Shown here: positions 8,107-14,983 of the stretch, piece after piece
How the letters are laid out: every line of letters begins with the position of its first letter
Numbering within the stretch: the first letter of the stretch is position 1
Virus record (IMG/VR): IMGVR_UViG_3300032305_000118
Location: 1 to 29,382 of that record
Source of the DNA: a virus
Lineage: Duplodnaviria > Caudoviricetes
Length of the DNA: 29,382 nt
Reading direction: 5' to 3' (one strand)
Translations under genes and position numbers: made by a program
The notes under the pieces: model-generated
Told to the model about the DNA's origin: nothing
The model's input: the letters and a program-made list of their open reading frames with translations, nothing else
Databases searched by the model: none

Positions 8107-8417
8107 TGCCGTACGTAACTAAAGCCCGACCCTATAAGAAGGAATACCAGCAACAAAAGGCTCGTGGAGAGCATGAGAACCGCATGGAGCGTCAAAAAGC
8201 ACGACGAGCTATGGACAAGACAGGAAAGGATGCCAACGGTAACGGTAAGGCAGACAAGCGGGAAGGCAAAGACATAGCCCACCGCAAAGCTTTGGACAAA
8301 GGTGGTTCTAATAAACACGGTGTGTATGTAACCACTGCCGCTAAGAATCGTAGCTTTAAGCGTGACTCAAAGGGTAACTTGGTATCTGAAACAAGTAAAA
8401 AAGAACGTAAAAAATAG
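8106..8417 (+). CDS. HNH endonuclease-like protein
   Basis: R.YKKEY...R..ARR...GKDIAHRKALDKGGSN...KNRS phage HNH pattern; ATG 8106 with AAGGAG RBS and TAATG overlap. Confidence 0.75.
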   Translation: MPYVTKARPYKKEYQQQKARGEHENRMERQKARRAMDKTGKDANGNGKADKREGKDIAHRKALDKGGSNKHGVYVTTAAKNRSFKRDSKGNLVSETSKKERKK

Positions 8418-8429
8418 TACAAACCCCTA

Positions 8430-8466
8430 TTACTTTTTGTAAAGTTATGGTGTAAAGTATTAGGAT
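8430..8466 (+). promoter_or_regulatory. Possible sigma-70 promoter for the ncRNA / helicase operon
   Basis: TTGTAA(8437)-18 bp-TAGGAT(8461), or TTACTT(8430)-17 bp-TAAAGT(8453), in AT-rich intergenic DNA. Confidence 0.35.
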
Positions 8467-8469
8467 ACC

Positions 8470-8586
8470 GTTAGACATGAGTGGGTATTAAAAAGCTCCT
8501 TCACGAGTAAACCATGTCAGTTAGATTTGCTGCTTTTCATCCCTGTTGGGCAGTAAAAGACTAACCGACTAACCCCCGTAAGGGGT
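8470..8586 (+). ncRNA. Candidate structured small RNA (three-way junction with two antisense-like loops plus a GNRA hairpin)
   Basis: P1 GTTAG(8470)/CTAAC(8569); P2 ACATG(8475)/CATGT(8513) with GTGGG/TTCAC; P3 GTTAG(8520)/CTAAC(8561) plus TTTGCTGCTT/GGGCAGTAAA; then CCCC-GTAA-GGGG. Confidence 0.6.
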
Positions 8587-8612
8587 CACAGTTAAATTAG
8601 TTAAGGACTTTA

Positions 8613-10184
8613 ATGCAGATAGTAGACGACACAGCAGTACGCTTTACAGTACCTACGGAGTTAGCTCCTATGGTGCTTAATACCATAGAGAAAAGCGAGT
8701 TAGTACAAACCAAAGGGAATCTATCTGAATTATTAGTTTATTGGGGGATAGAAGAACTAACCCATTTAAACCGCCTAATAAAGTTTAATAAGCGTTTACC
8801 CTCACCTATTAGCAAGCACTACAGCTGGCCTGGGTTATACAAACCGTTTGACCATCAGCGCACCACTGCTGAGTTTCTTTCTATTAACATGAGAGCCTTT
8901 TGTTTTAACGAGGCTGGCACAGGAAAGACTTCGTCAGTCATATGGGCGGCAGACTATTTGATGACACACAAAGTAATAAAAAAAGTATTAGTGATTTGCC
9001 CTCTGTCAATTATGTATTCAGCATGGCAAGCAGACATATTTAAAACTGCTATGCACAGGAGAGTTGCTGTTGCATACGGAGATGCAGCTAAGCGTAAAAA
9101 GATTATTAACGGAGACTACGAATTTATTATCATTAACTATGATGGTATCGGAATAGTTTTCGATGAATTAGACACCGTAGGGTTTGACCTAATAGTAATT
9201 GATGAGGCAAACGCTTATAAAAACGTTACGACTAAACGCTGGAAAGCTTTAGCAAAACTAATGAAACCAACAACAAGGCTTTGGATGTTAACAGGGACAC
9301 CAGCATCACAATCACCAATCGACGCATTTGGGTTAGCTAAACTTGTATCACCACAAAACGTACCACGCACAATGACTGTGTGGCGGGATAAAGTTATGCA
9401 CCAACTCAATCGTTTTAAGTGGGTTCCAAAGTCTGACTCAAAAGATAAAGTGTTTGATGCGCTACAACCAGCTATACGCTATACGAAGAGTGAGTGCCTA
9501 GACTTGCCTCCTGTGATGTATCAAACAAGGGAAGTACCCTTATCCCCACAGGCTTTGCGGTACTATAACGCCCTCAAGAAAGATATGCTTATTCAAGCGG
9601 CTGGGGAGCAAGTAACCACAGTCAATGCGGCAACAAACCTTAACAAATTACTACAGTTATCAGGCGGTGCAGTCTATACCGACGAAAGAGAAGTAGTAGA
9701 ATTTGATGTTGCTCCTCGTAAGAACGCATTACTAGAAGTGATTGAAGAAACAGAACATAAGCTGGTTGTGTTTGTACCCTTTACACACACGATTCATTTG
9801 GTGCGTAAGTTCTTATTAGCAGAAGGTATTACTAATGAAGTAATTGATGGCAGTGTTTCAGCAATAGAAAGAAGCAATGTTATTAAGCGGTTTCAAGAAA
9901 CGTCTGAGCCTCGTGTTCTTGTGATTCAGCCGCAAGCTGCAAGTCATGGTGTCACTTTGACTGCGGCAAATACTGTAGTATTTTGGTCTCCTGTAACAAG
10001 TGTTGAGACGTATTTACAATGTATTGCTCGTATTGACAGATATGGACAGAAGAACAAGATGACAGTAGTGCATTTACAAGGCTCGCCAGTAGAAAGAAGG
10101 ATGTACGAAGTGTTACAAAGTAAAGTTGATGCCCACGAGAAGTTAGTGGACTTGTATAAATTAGAACTCGGTTTAGGAGAATAA
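8613..10184 (+). CDS. SNF2-family (SF2) helicase/ATPase
   Basis: Q-motif FDHQ; Walker A EAGTGKT; ICPLS; Walker B IVIDEAN; motif III LTGTP; HGVTLTAA; motif VI QCIARIDRYGQ. Confidence 0.92.
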   Translation: MQIVDDTAVRFTVPTELAPMVLNTIEKSELVQTKGNLSELLVYWGIEELTHLNRLIKFNKRLPSPISKHYSWPGLYKPFDHQRTTAEFLSINMRAFCFNEAGTGKTSSVIWAADYLMTHKVIKKVLVICPLSIMYSAWQADIFKTAMHRRVAVAYGDAAKRKKIINGDYEFIIINYDGIGIVFDELDTVGFDLIVIDEANAYKNVTTKRWKALAKLMKPTTRLWMLTGTPASQSPIDAFGLAKLVSPQNVPRTMTVWRDKVMHQLNRFKWVPKSDSKDKVFDALQPAIRYTKSECLDLPPVMYQTREVPLSPQALRYYNALKKDMLIQAAGEQVTTVNAATNLNKLLQLSGGAVYTDEREVVEFDVAPRKNALLEVIEETEHKLVVFVPFTHTIHLVRKFLLAEGITNEVIDGSVSAIERSNVIKRFQETSEPRVLVIQPQAASHGVTLTAANTVVFWSPVTSVETYLQCIARIDRYGQKNKMTVVHLQGSPVERRMYEVLQSKVDAHEKLVDLYKLELGLGE

Positions 10185-10186
10185 CA

Positions 10187-10585
10187 ATGAACACCGATCA
10201 GTTAGTAGAAACATTTATTAACTTACGAAATGAGCGTGACCGTATGCGTAATGAATGGGAAGCACAAGATGCAAAAGTAAAAGAAGAGATGACTGTGTTA
10301 GAGCAAGCATTGTTATCTATTTGTAATGAAGCAAATGCGACAAGTATCAAGACAGACAAAGGTACTGTGATTCGCAAATTAAATGAAAGATTCTTTTGTT
10401 CAGATTGGGATAACTTTAGGGACTACGTGCTGGAGCATCAAGCATTAGAACTCTTAGAGCGTCGCATCCATCAAGGGAACTTTAAAGAATTCATCGCTGA
10501 GAGAGAAGCCGAGGGTTTACCCCCAGGTGTTAACGTGATGCGTGAATATGGTGTAACAGTTCGTAAACCAGCTAGTGTTTCTTAA
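10187..10585 (+). CDS. Conserved phage replication-module protein
   Basis: Coiled coil followed by SIKTDKGT...DWD.F..Y.....L.LLERRI...LPPGV, typical of the gene between helicase and SSB; AGGAG RBS. Confidence 0.75.
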   Translation: MNTDQLVETFINLRNERDRMRNEWEAQDAKVKEEMTVLEQALLSICNEANATSIKTDKGTVIRKLNERFFCSDWDNFRDYVLEHQALELLERRIHQGNFKEFIAEREAEGLPPGVNVMREYGVTVRKPASVS

Positions 10586-10610
10586 TTAATATTTTATAGT
10601 GGAGTTAAAA

Positions 10611-11465
10611 ATGAGTAATGAACTATCAGTAATCCTACAAGCCAATCCATCATTGATGGGTTTAGACGAAGACACCTTAGCAGTTGCTGGTGGTGGCAGT
10701 GTAGTTTCCAGTGGCAACAAACGTATTTCAATTGCGGGCGGTGTATTCCGCAAGATGGCTAACGGTAAAGAAGTTGGCACTATCGAAGATCGTCATATGA
10801 ATGTTATCTTTGTTAAGATGGCACATGACCCAAGTCGTGCTTTCTATGCTGAAGCGTATAAAGAAGGTGAGAAGTTAGCCCCAGCTTGCTGGTCATCAGA
10901 TTCTAAAAAGCCTGACGCAGATGTACCTAATCCGCCATCAGCTACTTGTGAAACATGCCACAACAGCACTAAAGGTTCTGGTACTGGCGGTCAAGGTACG
11001 TCGTGCCGCCTGTCATGGCGCACAGCAGTTGTGCTTCCTAATGACCCACAGGGCGATATTATGCAGTTGGTTATCCCAGCTACGTCAGCCTTTGGTAAAG
11101 AAGACAATGGTCGTTGGCCCTTCAAGGCTTATATCAATATGCTCGCTCAAAACAATGTTAGCGCAGGGCGTGTTGTAACAAAGATGCAGTTTGATACTAA
11201 GACTAAATATGCAAAGGTTTTGTTTTCTCCAGCATCAGCAGTTGATGAAGGCGATTATGAGATTGTTAAAGCGCAAGGCAAGAGTGCAGCTGCTGAAAAT
11301 GCAGTTAAGTTAACTGTGTATAAACAAGATGGCGGTGCTCCAGCACTAGAAGCCCCAGAAGCAGATGTATCTGAGCCTGTAAAACGTGAGAGTACAGCCA
11401 AGCCAGCAACCAAGACCGAAGGCGATGTTACTGACATCGTTAAGAAGTGGTCTAAGAAGGCTTAA
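10611..11465 (+). CDS. Putative single-stranded DNA-binding / annealing protein with a Cys cluster
   Basis: RISIAGGVF...PACWS.D...CETC.N...GSG...CR pattern, flexible charged tail, position between helicase and primase; ATG 10611 follows GGAG at 10601. Confidence 0.65.
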   Translation: MSNELSVILQANPSLMGLDEDTLAVAGGGSVVSSGNKRISIAGGVFRKMANGKEVGTIEDRHMNVIFVKMAHDPSRAFYAEAYKEGEKLAPACWSSDSKKPDADVPNPPSATCETCHNSTKGSGTGGQGTSCRLSWRTAVVLPNDPQGDIMQLVIPATSAFGKEDNGRWPFKAYINMLAQNNVSAGRVVTKMQFDTKTKYAKVLFSPASAVDEGDYEIVKAQGKSAAAENAVKLTVYKQDGGAPALEAPEADVSEPVKRESTAKPATKTEGDVTDIVKKWSKKA

Positions 11466-11474
11466 GGAATAGAG

Positions 11475-11783
11475 ATGCCACGGAGCTATAGTAATAAGTT
11501 TTTATTAACCTTGAGTAAACCAGATGCAATTTTGACTGGACAGAATCTGGCAAAAATTTGTGTAGAGGCTAACTTACCAGCTAGCTATGTATGCAAAGTA
11601 TTTGGTATATCAAGGATGGCTTTACATACTTGGTTCCGTGGCGGACCTATCCGCCCACGTCGTATTAAAACAGTTGATGCTTTTATTAGGTTAGTTGATG
11701 AAGATATAAAAGCTGGTGTGTTACCAGCAAAAAATCTAAAAGAAGCTAAAGCCTATATCGAGGACATGCTCAAAGAAGATTAA
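11475..11783 (+). CDS. Helix-turn-helix DNA-binding protein
   Basis: LPASYVCKVFGISRMALHTWFRGG is a Cro/XRE-like HTH. Confidence 0.7.
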   Translation: MPRSYSNKFLLTLSKPDAILTGQNLAKICVEANLPASYVCKVFGISRMALHTWFRGGPIRPRRIKTVDAFIRLVDEDIKAGVLPAKNLKEAKAYIEDMLKED

Positions 11784-11789
11784 ATTAAC

Positions 11790-11842
11790 GGGGGAAAGCA
11801 GGTGTTAAACCCATGCTTCACATACATGACTGTAAGTACCCC
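11790..11842 (+). ncRNA. Candidate structured RNA hairpin with a loop-E/S-turn-like internal loop
   Basis: GGGG-GAAA-GCAG ... CTGT-AAGTA-CCCC: two helices flanking an asymmetric GAA/AGUA loop. Confidence 0.4.
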
Positions 11843-11855
11843 ACCCTATAAACCG

Positions 11856-11878
11856 AGCCGAGGATTTCTCGGCTTTTT
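11856..11878 (+). terminator. Intrinsic terminator / attenuator directly upstream of the primase gene
   Basis: AGCCGAGG-ATT-TCTCGGCT stem followed by a T-run. Confidence 0.75.
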
Positions 11879-11892
11879 AGACTACGCCATAT

Positions 11893-14796
11893 ATGTTAAA
11901 ACAATTTTACGAGAAAGCATTGGCTACGCAGGGTGTCTATTGCGCTACAGGAATAGAACCAGGTGAAGCTGGCAAAGTAACAAATAAGTTTGCAGAGAAT
12001 TTAGATGATCTAATAAAACAAGTCGAGTTAATTAAAAAGAAAGGTTGGAGCGCATATGTTGCGTTGGGCACGTTTGAAGGATATAGCCGTAAAAAAGACG
12101 ACTGCATTTATTACCGTTCGTTTTTTATTGACCTTGATGTTAGTGAAGATAAAGCTAAAGAAGGTAAGGGCTATGCTTCTAAGGATGATGCGCTAGAAGC
12201 CCTTAACAAATTTGTTACTGAGGCTGAACTACCACCCCCTATCCGTATTGATTCGGGCACGGGTATACACGCATACTGGTTATTGGATGAAGACGTACCT
12301 ATAACTGAGTATTTACCCTATGCGGTAAAGTTTAAAGAGTATGTATCCGCTCGGATACACGCAGACCCAGCAGTTATGGCTGAGCCAGCACGGGTTATGC
12401 GTTGCCCTGAGTCGCTTAATTACAAGACAGACCCCCCATCCCCTGCTGGGTTTATTGACACAGAGTTCCACACCTATTCCTTTGATGCTTTTAAAGAGTT
12501 CCTGGGACCTGTAACAGTGCCAGTCAACAATATATTAAGTCTTATACCAAAGGGTTTGGACGAAGAAACCAAGAAGATGCGTAAGCTGGACAACTATATT
12601 AATAGCTTTGACCAGATTCTAAAACGCAACGAAGATGGTACTGGCTGTGCGCAAATCAAATACGCACTAGATAATGCCAAGCATTTGGAAGAACCCATAT
12701 GGCATAGCTTGATGACTATTGCAGCGCACTGCGACAAGAAAGAAGAAGTAGTACACCTTGTATCTAAAGATTACGTTGGGTACTCGGCTGACATCGTCAA
12801 TAAAAAACTGGAGAACATACTAAGTGTCGAAAAAAGCGGTCCGCATACCTGCGCTACTTTTGAAGCGCGTAACCCTGGAGTCTGTGACGGATGCCCCAAC
12901 CGCCACCTTGGAAACCCCATCAAACTTGCAAGAATCCTCAACACAACTAGAACAGAAGAGGACCAGCCAGAACCAGAACACAGTGACGAACCCCTCACAG
13001 AAGCGTCAAATCAAGAGAAATCAGTTCGGAAGATTACGAATTCCAAAAAAGTTCCAGAGTTCCCAGAATATTTAGCACCCTTTGTTCGTGGCATAAATGG
13101 TGGAATTTACTTCCAACCGCCAGCTAAATTCAATAAAGAGACTGAGAAATACCATGACGTAGATGCTGTTCTTTTGTGTGAACATGACTTCTACCCATAC
13201 CGCCGTATATATAGCCCCAATGATGGGGAGTGTTTCATGATGCGTGTACATTTACCTAATGACGGCACAAGGGAGTTCTTGCTACCAATGAAGGCAGTTT
13301 ATTCGCAAGAAAAATTCAAGGAGGTATTGGTTAGTGGTGGAGTATTTTTTAATCAATCGTATGCCAAGCAAGTACAGGAATATATTATGAAGTGGGGTCG
13401 TTACTTTCAGAACACCGCCTCGGCGGAAACAATGCGTATGCAGATGGGCTGGGCTGATGACAACGATGCTTTCGTCATTGGTAATATTGAAATTACAGAG
13501 GAGACAGGACCAGAGGGTAAAGAAACCCCAGTATCCCCTACGGCTTCTAACATTGTTAAAGCTCTGTCTGTTAAGGGTACATTTGAGAAATGGAAGTGGG
13601 CAGCTCAGCAGTTAAATGACCATCCTGGACTTGAAATGCACGCGTTTGGGGCTTTGACTGCATACGGTGCTCCATTGATGCAGTTCGCTTCTACTGACGG
13701 TGTATCGCTATCATACGAGGGTGAGTCAGGCGCAGCTAAGTCTGGGTCACTTTACGCGGCGCTAAGCGTCTGGGGTAATCCTAAAAAACTAAGCGTCTTT
13801 GAATCTACTGACAACGCTATGCAAAGTAGGCTATCAACGTCTAAGAATATCTTAGTTGGTATTGACGAGGCGGGTAATAAGTTTCCAGACGTAATCTCTA
13901 ACTTCATCCACCGTATTGCTCAAGGCGAGTCGAAGTTAAAGCTTAGTGGGTCAAACCACACCGAGAAAGAACAAGCAATTACTGCCTCTACTATTGGGTT
14001 CTTTACTACAAATCACGCATTGCTGGGTATTGTAAAGAGAAAGAAGGCTACCCCTTACGGTGAAACTGCTCGTATGGTTGAGTTGTTTATGCATAAGCCG
14101 CAGTTATTTAAAGACCAGCCTGAGAAGGGCAAAGAAATTTTTGATGAGTTTCGTAAGAACTATGGTCATGCTGGCCCAATATATGCTCATGAAATGATTA
14201 AGTGGGGAGAGCCTAAAATCATAAAGCGTATGGAGGCATGGAATATGCGCTTTCGTAAAGACTTCGGGCATGATGCTACCTATCGTTACTATGAAGACTT
14301 AGTAGCTACAGTAATGACAGGCGGCGAGATTGCTGAGTCTGCTGGCTTAATTAAGTATGACCTAGACCGTATCTATAATGTAATGATTGGTCTAATGATG
14401 GCTAAACGTGACGGCGGTAACTCCATCAATGAGTCTGACTTTGAGAGTGTATTGGGAGAGTTTTTCTTAGATCAAATTGGTAGTTCAGTTGTAGTCCTAA
14501 ATGGGAAAGTAATCTCAACACCATCTCCACACAAAACCTGTGGAATACGCATGGACTATGACGAAAAAGAATCTTATGTATCTACCAAGTTTATGTGCAA
14601 GTGGCTAGCCGAGCACGGGTATAGTGAAGAAAGTTTTTTCTTTGCGCTTAAGAAAAGCGGTAAATTTATTAAGAAAGATAAGAAACGTTTGGCAGCTGGC
14701 TGGAAGGGAGCACCCGAAAGTGCTAACGTAAATTGCTATTGGTTTAGTGAAGTGCCTGAGATAGACCTAGATGAAATCCAGCAATCCGCTGCGTGA
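11893..14796 (+). CDS. Primase-polymerase (AEP/RepB-like) fused to a DUF927-type helicase-like domain
   Basis: FFIDLD, DSGTGIHAYW, RVMRCP.S.NYK; Cys cluster CATF..RNP.VCDGCP; C-terminal QMGW, GESGAAKS, GIDE. Confidence 0.88.
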   Translation: MLKQFYEKALATQGVYCATGIEPGEAGKVTNKFAENLDDLIKQVELIKKKGWSAYVALGTFEGYSRKKDDCIYYRSFFIDLDVSEDKAKEGKGYASKDDALEALNKFVTEAELPPPIRIDSGTGIHAYWLLDEDVPITEYLPYAVKFKEYVSARIHADPAVMAEPARVMRCPESLNYKTDPPSPAGFIDTEFHTYSFDAFKEFLGPVTVPVNNILSLIPKGLDEETKKMRKLDNYINSFDQILKRNEDGTGCAQIKYALDNAKHLEEPIWHSLMTIAAHCDKKEEVVHLVSKDYVGYSADIVNKKLENILSVEKSGPHTCATFEARNPGVCDGCPNRHLGNPIKLARILNTTRTEEDQPEPEHSDEPLTEASNQEKSVRKITNSKKVPEFPEYLAPFVRGINGGIYFQPPAKFNKETEKYHDVDAVLLCEHDFYPYRRIYSPNDGECFMMRVHLPNDGTREFLLPMKAVYSQEKFKEVLVSGGVFFNQSYAKQVQEYIMKWGRYFQNTASAETMRMQMGWADDNDAFVIGNIEITEETGPEGKETPVSPTASNIVKALSVKGTFEKWKWAAQQLNDHPGLEMHAFGALTAYGAPLMQFASTDGVSLSYEGESGAAKSGSLYAALSVWGNPKKLSVFESTDNAMQSRLSTSKNILVGIDEAGNKFPDVISNFIHRIAQGESKLKLSGSNHTEKEQAITASTIGFFTTNHALLGIVKRKKATPYGETARMVELFMHKPQLFKDQPEKGKEIFDEFRKNYGHAGPIYAHEMIKWGEPKIIKRMEAWNMRFRKDFGHDATYRYYEDLVATVMTGGEIAESAGLIKYDLDRIYNVMIGLMMAKRDGGNSINESDFESVLGEFFLDQIGSSVVVLNGKVISTPSPHKTCGIRMDYDEKESYVSTKFMCKWLAEHGYSEESFFFALKKSGKFIKKDKKRLAAGWKGAPESANVNCYWFSEVPEIDLDEIQQSAA

Positions 14797-14983
14797 TGAA
14801 CCCTCATGGCTGTACCCGTTTATGGGTATGAATGTAGGGGATAGTTTCTTTATCCCCACCATGAGGTCTTCAGAAATTATTTATTCAGCGATGGAAGCTG
14901 GTAAAGAGTTTGGCATTCGCACTAAAGCCTACGCTTGCATGAAGGACGGCATCATGGGGGTACGAGTCTGGCGGGTTAATTAA
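14771..14983 (+). CDS. Small conserved phage protein (YPF..M.VGDSFF...GVRVWR family)
   Basis: YPFMGMNVGDSFFIP...GVRVWRV motif. Confidence 0.75.
   Translation: MKSSNPLRDEPSWLYPFMGMNVGDSFFIPTMRSSEIIYSAMEAGKEFGIRTKAYACMKDGIMGVRVWRVN

Noticed and set aside
8106-8586. HEARO/IscB-omega-RNA or bridge-RNA type guided system
   Set aside because: The HNH protein is only about 103 aa, with no PLMP, RuvC or recombinase motifs and no transposon ends; the RNA's visible complementarity is to mRNA RBSs
7453-8612. CRISPR-Cas system or mini-array next to the Cas4-like gene
   Set aside because: No repeat-spacer array (only an 8-bp tandem GACTAACC) and no other cas genes; solo Cas4-like exonucleases are routine in phage replication modules
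9290-9297. Extra AACAGGGA copy inside the helicase gene
   Set aside because: It encodes conserved motif III (LTGT) and has no adjacent start codon, so it is probably coincidental
402-10589. TTAATTA recurring at gene ends (402, 4383, 10582)
   Set aside because: Explained by TAA stop codons in AT-rich context; too short to support a regulatory call
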